From the NCBI GenBank assembly GCA_023427865.1, contig JAEYZV010000208.1, positions 1 to 32,192 of the forward strand: 32,192 nt of DNA. The letters are read 5' to 3'. The DNA comes from Acidobacteriota bacterium. GTDB taxonomy: Bacteria; Acidobacteriota; Vicinamibacteria; Vicinamibacterales; Vicinamibacteraceae. Both the position numbers and the translations under genes were made by a program. This document shows, in pieces, positions 26,131-32,192 of the stretch. Position 1 is the stretch's first letter; each line of letters starts with the position of its first letter. Below the pieces are notes generated by a model. The model was given only the letters and a program-made list of their open reading frames with translations. It made no database searches and was not told the DNA's origin.

Positions 26131-27426
26131 ATGCGCGAATCGTTCTTCCAGGCGATCGACAACCTCCGGGCCAACAAGCTCCGGAGCTTCCTCACCATGT
26201 TCGGCATCATGTGGGGGATCGTGTCGATCGTGGTGCTGTCGGCGCTCGGCGAAGGGTTCCGCCGCGGCAACGACGCCGTTCTGCGCGAGTTCGGCCGCAA
26301 CATGAGCATCGTCTGGGGCTCGCGGACGACGATGCAGGCGGGCGGTGAGCGTGCCGGCCGCCTGATCACGCTGACGGTGGACGACGCCCGGGCGGTGAAG
26401 GCGCAGGGGCGGCTCGTGAACATGGTGAGCCCCGAGATCCAGCGCGGCACGAAGGTCAAGAGCGCCTACAACGAGGCGTCGGTCACCATCCACGGGGTGG
26501 AACCGCCCTACATGTTCATGCGGACGATCGAGGTGGACCTCGGCCGGCAGTTGAACTGGAGCGACGAGCAGAACGAGAGCCAGGTGGCCGTGATCGGCTG
26601 GGAGATGTCCAAGCAGCTGTTCGGCGATCGCGACCCGGTCGGCGAGCCGCTGCTCGTCAACGGCACGCCGTACACCGTGGTCGGCCGCATCCGGCGCAAG
26701 GACCAGGACAGCAGCTACAGCGGCCCCGACAACAACAAGATCTTCGTGCCGTTCGCGGTGATGCAGAAGCACCTGCCGCGCCCGGACGCGGCGCCCGGCA
26801 GCATCAACCAGATGCTCGTGATGCCGCACCAGGAGGTCATCGACAACCTGACGACCGTGCTCAACGCGCGCACGGGTCGTGTCGAGGACGTCGACTGGCC
26901 GCTCGAGCAGGAGATCCGCGGGATCCTCGCCAGGCGCAAGGCCTTCAATCCCGACGATCGCGACGCGATCAACGTCTGGGACACGTCGCTGCAGACGATG
27001 TTCTTCGACAGGATGATCTCGGGCATGGCGAGCTTCTTCCGGGTCGTCGGGCTCGTCACGCTCGCACTCGGCGGCATCGGCGTGATGAACATCATGCTGA
27101 TCGCCGTGAAAGACCGCACGCGCGAGATCGGCGTGCGCAAGGCGCTCGGGGCGACGACGCGGACGATCCAGCGGCAGTTCTTCCTCGAGGGGTTCTTCCT
27201 CACGTTGATCAGCGGCGGCATCGGCATGCTGATCGGCGTCGGGTTGTGTACGCTCGTCAACACGGCAGCGACGCTGCCGATCCGCTTTGCCGGAATGATC
27301 ATCACCTGGCCGAACGCGCTGCTCGCGCTCGGCGCGCTGGTGCTCATCGGCATCGTCTCGTCGACGCTGCCGGCCCGCCGCGCCGCGCAGTTGCCGCCGA
27401 CCGAAGCGCTCCGATACGAGATGTAG
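26131..27426 (+). CDS. MacB/FtsX-family ABC permease
   Basis: NKLRSFLTMFGIMWGI, GGIGVMNIML...RTREIGVRKALGA, P.EALRYE. Confidence 0.93.
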   Translation: MRESFFQAIDNLRANKLRSFLTMFGIMWGIVSIVVLSALGEGFRRGNDAVLREFGRNMSIVWGSRTTMQAGGERAGRLITLTVDDARAVKAQGRLVNMVSPEIQRGTKVKSAYNEASVTIHGVEPPYMFMRTIEVDLGRQLNWSDEQNESQVAVIGWEMSKQLFGDRDPVGEPLLVNGTPYTVVGRIRRKDQDSSYSGPDNNKIFVPFAVMQKHLPRPDAAPGSINQMLVMPHQEVIDNLTTVLNARTGRVEDVDWPLEQEIRGILARRKAFNPDDRDAINVWDTSLQTMFFDRMISGMASFFRVVGLVTLALGGIGVMNIMLIAVKDRTREIGVRKALGATTRTIQRQFFLEGFFLTLISGGIGMLIGVGLCTLVNTAATLPIRFAGMIITWPNALLALGALVLIGIVSSTLPARRAAQLPPTEALRYEM

Positions 27427-27431
27427 AACAC

Positions 27432-27520
27432 GGCAATTGGAAATGCGGAATGAGATGCGCGCCGACGTCTGGCGCCGGCGCGTAGCTCCTGAATTTCCAA
27501 TCTCCAGTTTCCAATTCCAG
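27432..27520. repeat. element related to the 22.9-kb repeats (heptamer arm, GC hairpin, inverted heptamer arm)
   Basis: CAATTGG AAATGCG GAATGAG ... GAATTTC CAATCTC CAGTTTC CAATTCC. Confidence 0.6.
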
Positions 27521-27535
27521 ATGCGAGCGTCTCCG

Positions 27536-28882
27536 ATGACTCCTCCTGAACTCGCCACCCTCGACAACGCGATTCCGATGGCACCGGTGCGTCGCGTGCG
27601 TGGCGCGGCGCGTACCCTGCAGCTGCTCAAGGAGGTCGTGCGCGAGGCGGCGTACGGCGTGTCGCGCAACCGGCTGCGTGCCGGCCTTTCGATGCTCGGC
27701 ATCTCGTGGGGCATCGTGTCGGTGGTGATGCTGCTCGCCTACGGCAACGGCTTCCAGGAGGCGATCATGGTCGGCTTCCGGAACGCGTTCGGCGAGGGCG
27801 TCGCGGTGATGTTCCCCGGCCAGACGAGCATGCAGGCCGGCGGCCAGCGCGCCGGCAGGCGCATACGGCTGAAGCCCGAGGACGTCGCGGCCGTCGCCGA
27901 GTTGCCGGCGATACGGATGGCGAGCCCCGAGTACGTCAACCGGCTGCCCATCACCTACGGCGACCGGTCCTCGACGTTTGCCGTGCGTGGGGTGGCCGTC
28001 CCGTACGGCTCGATGCGTGGCGAGCGTCCCGCGAAGGGCCAGGGGCGCTGGCTGTCGGACGAAGACGTGGCCGACCGCCGGCGCGTGGTGTTCCTCGGCT
28101 ACGAGGTCGCGCGGAAGCTGTTCGGCGCGCAGCACGCGGTGGGCCAGACGGTGCGCATCGGCAACCGGCCGTTCGAGGTGGTCGGCGTGATGGAGGACAA
28201 GGTCCAGATGTCCTCGTACTTCGCGCCCGACAAGTACTGCGCGTTCATTCCGTACACGACGATGGGTGAGCTGCAGGACACGACATACGTGAGCACCATC
28301 GTGCTGCAGACCGTCAACCCGCTGCAGCAGCAGCGCGCGCTGCGCCAGGTGCGTGAGGTGCTCGCCCGCAAGTACCGATTCGAGGCCACCGACGAGCGCG
28401 CGGTCAACATCAACGACTCGGTCGAGAACGTCGCGATGATCAACGGCATCATCAGCGGCCTGAAGTACGTGCTCACGTTCATCGGCGTGCTGACGCTCGC
28501 CATTGGCGGGGTCGGCATCATGAACATCATGTTCGTGTCGGTCACGGAACGGACGCGCGAGATCGGCATCCGGAAGGCGCTCGGGGCTCGCCGGCGCGAG
28601 ATCCTCCTGCAGTTCCTCGTCGAGGCGTTCATCATCACGTTCCTCGGCGGCGCGGCCGGCGTCGCCGCCTCGTGGGCCATGGTCTGGGCCTTCAGCCCGC
28701 GGCCGTTCCTCGCCGAGCTGCTCGACGACCTGTCGCGGCAGACCGACATCCACCTGGTGTTGTCGATGGAGCTGCTCGGCGTGTGCACGGCGATCCTGAT
28801 GATCGTCGGCATCATCGCGGGCCTGCTGCCCGCGCTCCGTGCCTCACGACTCGACCCGATCGAACCCCTTCGCTACGAGTGA
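27536..28882 (+). CDS. second MacB/FtsX-family ABC permease; start uncertain (27536 or 27578)
   Basis: NRLRAGLSMLGISWGI, GGVGIMNIMF..VTERTREIGIRKALGA, DPIEPLRYE. Confidence 0.92.
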   Translation: MTPPELATLDNAIPMAPVRRVRGAARTLQLLKEVVREAAYGVSRNRLRAGLSMLGISWGIVSVVMLLAYGNGFQEAIMVGFRNAFGEGVAVMFPGQTSMQAGGQRAGRRIRLKPEDVAAVAELPAIRMASPEYVNRLPITYGDRSSTFAVRGVAVPYGSMRGERPAKGQGRWLSDEDVADRRRVVFLGYEVARKLFGAQHAVGQTVRIGNRPFEVVGVMEDKVQMSSYFAPDKYCAFIPYTTMGELQDTTYVSTIVLQTVNPLQQQRALRQVREVLARKYRFEATDERAVNINDSVENVAMINGIISGLKYVLTFIGVLTLAIGGVGIMNIMFVSVTERTREIGIRKALGARRREILLQFLVEAFIITFLGGAAGVAASWAMVWAFSPRPFLAELLDDLSRQTDIHLVLSMELLGVCTAILMIVGIIAGLLPALRASRLDPIEPLRYE

Positions 28883-29009
28883 GGTAGGGCCCGCTGGCCC
28901 AGCGGGCCTTCTCCCCGCAGCAGACGCGCATGCAGCCGGGCGGCTGACAGCCGGGGACGGCCAGGCTGGGACAGCCGGGGACGGCCAGGCTGGGACAGCC
29001 GGCCCTACC
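28883..29009. repeat. inverted pair/cluster of GTAG-type REPs between convergent genes
   Basis: GGTAGGGCCCGCTG-GCC-CAGCGGGCC on +; GGTAGGGCCGGCTGTCCCAGCC on - with 24-bp tandem repeats; same family as the 17.2-kb units. Confidence 0.8.
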
Positions 29010-30693
29010 GGGCCCGAAGCTGCGATAGCCAGTCGACGATCGCCTTGGCGACCTCCGGGCTGACGCGTGCATCCGAGAGGTTGGGGTACTCGGAGATCTC
29101 GCCGGTCGTCGCCGGCACGAGCAGGTGATTGACCCCCGGCACCAGCACGAGGGTGGCAGTGCCCTTCTTGCGCTGCGTCGCGAGGCCGTTCAGCAGTTCC
29201 GCGTTCGCGATCGGCACCTGCTTGTCGAGCTCGCCGTGGACGATGAGCAACGGCTGCTCGATCCGCTTCATGACGGGCGCGGGATCGAAGGCCAGCAGGC
29301 TGCGGAACCACGGCGTCTCGGCCTGTTTGCGCAGCGCCTCGGGCACGCCGTCCCACCCCTCGCCGGTCAGCACGGCATTCTGGATCTGCTTCTGCAACGC
29401 CACGCGCTTCTGCTTCTCTTCGTCGCTGATCTTCAGCGTCTCGAGCGCGCGACGCTGTTGCTCGAGCACGAGCTCGCTGCCCTTCATGCCGGGCGCGGCG
29501 ATCGTCACCACGGCCTTGATGTCCTTCGTGCGCGCGGCAGCGAGCATCGCCACCGCGCCGCCCTCGCTGTGTCCGACGACGTACACGCGCTTGTCGTCGA
29601 CGTCCTTCTGCTTGCGCAGCCACTTGACCACCGAGCGCAGGTCCTCGGCGTAGTCGGCAAGCGTCGCCGATTCTGCGCGGCCGCCGCTCTGGCCGACGCC
29701 GCGCTTGTCGTAGCGCACCACGAGGTAGCCGGCGTCGGCGAGCAGGCCGGCCAGCTGCCCCATCACCGGGATGCCGTACGCCACCGACTCGCGATCGATG
29801 TTGCCGGAGCCGCCGACCAGGACGATGGCCGGCAACTCCTCGACGTTCCTGTCCTTCCTGCCCGGCGCAACCCTGCCCGCCGGGCGCGAGATCGTGGCGC
29901 CGAGGTTGAATCCGAACGCCGGGATCTGCACCGTCTGGTCGTTCTCGCGGAACTCCTTGACCTCGCGCGTGAACACGCTGGTGAGGTCCTCGCGCACCAC
30001 GTCCACGCCCGCGGCGGCGATCGAGTACCGGATCAGGCGTCCCGTCTTCGTTTCCGCCCACAGGACGACCGCGAGCGGCTGGCCCGGATTGGCGATGTCG
30101 ACGACATGGCGTCGCACCTCGTACATGCCGTCAGCGGTCTGCATCCGCTCGGTGCCGACGGCCGACAGCGTGGCTTGCACCTGCGCCTGCGGCGCGACGT
30201 AGAGCGGCAGCGTCGCCCCGGGCTCCAGCCGGAGCAGCCGGTACGCGAGGCCCTGGGCGGCGGAGAAGACGTTGTTGGGCAGGAGCACCGCGTCCGGCGC
30301 GACGTCGTGCGTCACCTCGCGCGTCGACTCGCCCTGGGTCACGTTGCTCGTCGCCTTGCCGCCGGTCACCACGGTATCGATGAGCAGCGGCTGCTCCTTC
30401 AGCCGTGCGTCGATGCGCAGGCGCAGCGGCGCGCCATCGGGCCCGTACGCGATCTCCGCGCTGCGGAGCACGTACCCGCCGCCGGCAATGCCGCCCGACG
30501 ATCGCAGCGTCAGCCCCGAGGCGTCGCGCGAGACCGTGACCTGCTCGGAGCCGACGTTCCGACCCTGCACGAGGATGCGGAAGGTGGCGTCCCACTGCTC
30601 GTCGGCCGCCTGCTGCGCATGCGCCGGCATGGCGCCGATGCCAAGGATCGCGAGCACGAGGAGCCACGTACAATAGCGGAGCACTGCAGGCAT
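29005..30693 (-). CDS. secreted alpha/beta hydrolase with an N-terminal beta-rich domain
   Basis: Signal peptide ending AHA-QQ; RYDKRGVG, GHSEGG nucleophile, HGELD, GVNH. Confidence 0.9.
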   Translation of the reverse strand: MPAVLRYCTWLLVLAILGIGAMPAHAQQAADEQWDATFRILVQGRNVGSEQVTVSRDASGLTLRSSGGIAGGGYVLRSAEIAYGPDGAPLRLRIDARLKEQPLLIDTVVTGGKATSNVTQGESTREVTHDVAPDAVLLPNNVFSAAQGLAYRLLRLEPGATLPLYVAPQAQVQATLSAVGTERMQTADGMYEVRRHVVDIANPGQPLAVVLWAETKTGRLIRYSIAAAGVDVVREDLTSVFTREVKEFRENDQTVQIPAFGFNLGATISRPAGRVAPGRKDRNVEELPAIVLVGGSGNIDRESVAYGIPVMGQLAGLLADAGYLVVRYDKRGVGQSGGRAESATLADYAEDLRSVVKWLRKQKDVDDKRVYVVGHSEGGAVAMLAAARTKDIKAVVTIAAPGMKGSELVLEQQRRALETLKISDEEKQKRVALQKQIQNAVLTGEGWDGVPEALRKQAETPWFRSLLAFDPAPVMKRIEQPLLIVHGELDKQVPIANAELLNGLATQRKKGTATLVLVPGVNHLLVPATTGEISEYPNLSDARVSPEVAKAIVDWLSQLRAR

Positions 30694-30717
30694 TTGCACA
30701 GGATAACAGCCCGGAAA

Positions 30718-31707
30718 ATGACGGCGACCTTCGACGACGAGTACCGCAACCTGCACGACGACGCCGTGTGGATCGACCGCACGACGCGCGACGCGCGGCT
30801 CGAGGTACGCGGCCCTGACGCCACCGAGTGGCTGCACGGGTTGTTGACCCAGGACGTCAGGTCGCTGCAGCCGGGGCAGGGCGCCGCTGCCGCCTATCTG
30901 ACGCCGCAGGGCCGCCTCGTGGCGGACCTGCGCGTCTTCCACCGGGGTGAGACCTACCTGCTCGAGACCCCTGTGGCCGCACGGGTCCATCTCCTCAGCC
31001 GGCTCGATCAGTTCGTGATCATGGAGGACGTCGTCGTCACCGACGTCACGGAGGCGATCGGCTGCCTCACCGTGCTCGGCCCTCGGGCCGTCGCGGCGGT
31101 GTCGGCGTGCACGGGCCTGTCGGTCGAGGCGCTCGAGACGCTTACCGAGCACGGCCAGGCCAGCCTCCACGGGACGGGCGCGTTCGTGGCGCAGACCAGG
31201 GAGTTCGGCGTTCCTGGCTTCGACATGTTCGCGCCGGTGCAGGAACTCGCGGCCTGGCGCGCAGTACTGCAGGCGCGGGGACCGGCCGCAAGCGAACGGC
31301 TGGTGGAGACGGCCCGCATCGAGGCCGGCCGACCCCGGTTCGGCGTCGACATGCACGAGGACACGATTCCGCTCGAGGCCGGTATCGAGTCGCGCGCGAT
31401 CAGCTTCGACAAGGGCTGCTACGTCGGTCAGGAGGTCGTGATCCGGATCCTGCATCGTGGGCAGGGCCGCGTGGCGAGACGCCTCGTGTGGGTGGAGCAC
31501 GCCCCTGACGGGAGGGACGCGGCGGTCTGGAGCGCCGGCGAGCGAGTGTGGCTCGGCGACAAGGATGCCGGCGTGGTGACGAGCGCCTGCTGGTCACCGG
31601 CGCGCGGCGGGCTGCTCGGCATCGCCATGCTGCACCGCGACGCCACCGACCCCGGCACCGTCGTCCGCATCGGTGGGCACGAGGCCACCGTGCAGCGCCT
31701 TCCCTGA
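30718..31707 (+). CDS. ygfZ: YgfZ/GcvT-family folate-binding protein
   Basis: KGCYVGQE signature; GPDATEWLHGLLTQD; RIEAGRP. Confidence 0.92.
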   Translation: MTATFDDEYRNLHDDAVWIDRTTRDARLEVRGPDATEWLHGLLTQDVRSLQPGQGAAAAYLTPQGRLVADLRVFHRGETYLLETPVAARVHLLSRLDQFVIMEDVVVTDVTEAIGCLTVLGPRAVAAVSACTGLSVEALETLTEHGQASLHGTGAFVAQTREFGVPGFDMFAPVQELAAWRAVLQARGPAASERLVETARIEAGRPRFGVDMHEDTIPLEAGIESRAISFDKGCYVGQEVVIRILHRGQGRVARRLVWVEHAPDGRDAAVWSAGERVWLGDKDAGVVTSACWSPARGGLLGIAMLHRDATDPGTVVRIGGHEATVQRLP

Positions 31708-32099
31708 TGCGCGCCATCGTGGTCAGCGCGGCGGTGATCGAGCGGGGCGGCGCGTTCCTGCTGACGCGCCGCGCCGAGGCGGCACACCTCGGCGGGCTGT
31801 GGGAGTTCCCGGGAGGCAAGGTCGAGCACGACGAGAGCATCGAGGACGCGCTCGTGCGCGAGATTCGCGAGGAACTCGGGTGCGACGTGCAGGTCGGCGT
31901 GCCGGTGCTCACGACGCGCCACACGTACCCGGACCTGCACGTGGAACTGCATTTCTTCGAGGCCGCGCTCACCGGCGATCCCACACCGCAGCTCGGCCAG
32001 GAGATGCGCTGGGTGCGCCGGGAGGACCTGGCGTCGCTGGAGTTGCCGGAAGCGGATGCCGATCTCGTGGCGCTGCTCACGGGTGGCGCCGGTACCTGA
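31707..32099 (+). CDS. NUDIX hydrolase (MutT/NudG-like)
   Basis: WEFPGGKVEHDESIEDALVREIREELG Nudix box; TGATG coupling to ygfZ. Confidence 0.92.
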   Translation: MRAIVVSAAVIERGGAFLLTRRAEAAHLGGLWEFPGGKVEHDESIEDALVREIREELGCDVQVGVPVLTTRHTYPDLHVELHFFEAALTGDPTPQLGQEMRWVRREDLASLELPEADADLVALLTGGAGT

Positions 32100-32106
32100 G
32101 CGGACC

Positions 32107-32192
32107 AATCCCGAGTCCGAGTCCCGCGTCGAGCCCCGACCCGAATCCCGACTCCCGACTCCCGAATCCCCAATCCCCAATCCCCAATCCCC
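32107..32192. repeat. heptamer tandem repeat (GAATCCC/GACTCCC grading into CCCCAAT), running off the window end
   Basis: Directly visible; same family as 5957-6050. Confidence 0.9.

Overview
High-GC bacterial DNA. Gene content and style resemble Acidobacteriota (Vicinamibacterales/Luteitalea-like), which is inference only. Left to right: a two-gene SNF2 helicase plus N6-adenine MTase module with an apparently degenerate nuclease domain; a stand-alone Smr protein; queF; HU; a five-gene minus-strand cluster; lpdA-E2-lipB; a degenerate MDH-like gene with two CNNM/CBS genes; SDR; PLP dehydratase; MBL hydrolase; FHA protein; orphan pntA domain I; MacA-like adaptor with two MacB-type permeases; a secreted alpha/beta hydrolase; ygfZ; and a NUDIX hydrolase. 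The best candidate for an undescribed system is the five-gene cluster at 6925-13496. It contains a sigma54 response regulator, a -24/-12 promoter with twin palindromes, an RRE-radical SAM/SPASM enzyme, a 35-aa peptide gene missing from the ORF track, an orphan peptide-binding protein and a Cache/HAMP histidine kinase. Together these look like a RiPP-based autoinduction (quorum-sensing-like) circuit. Intergenic regions carry GTAG-type REP hairpins and several families of heptamer tandem repeats. All calls come from motif reading; no searches were run.
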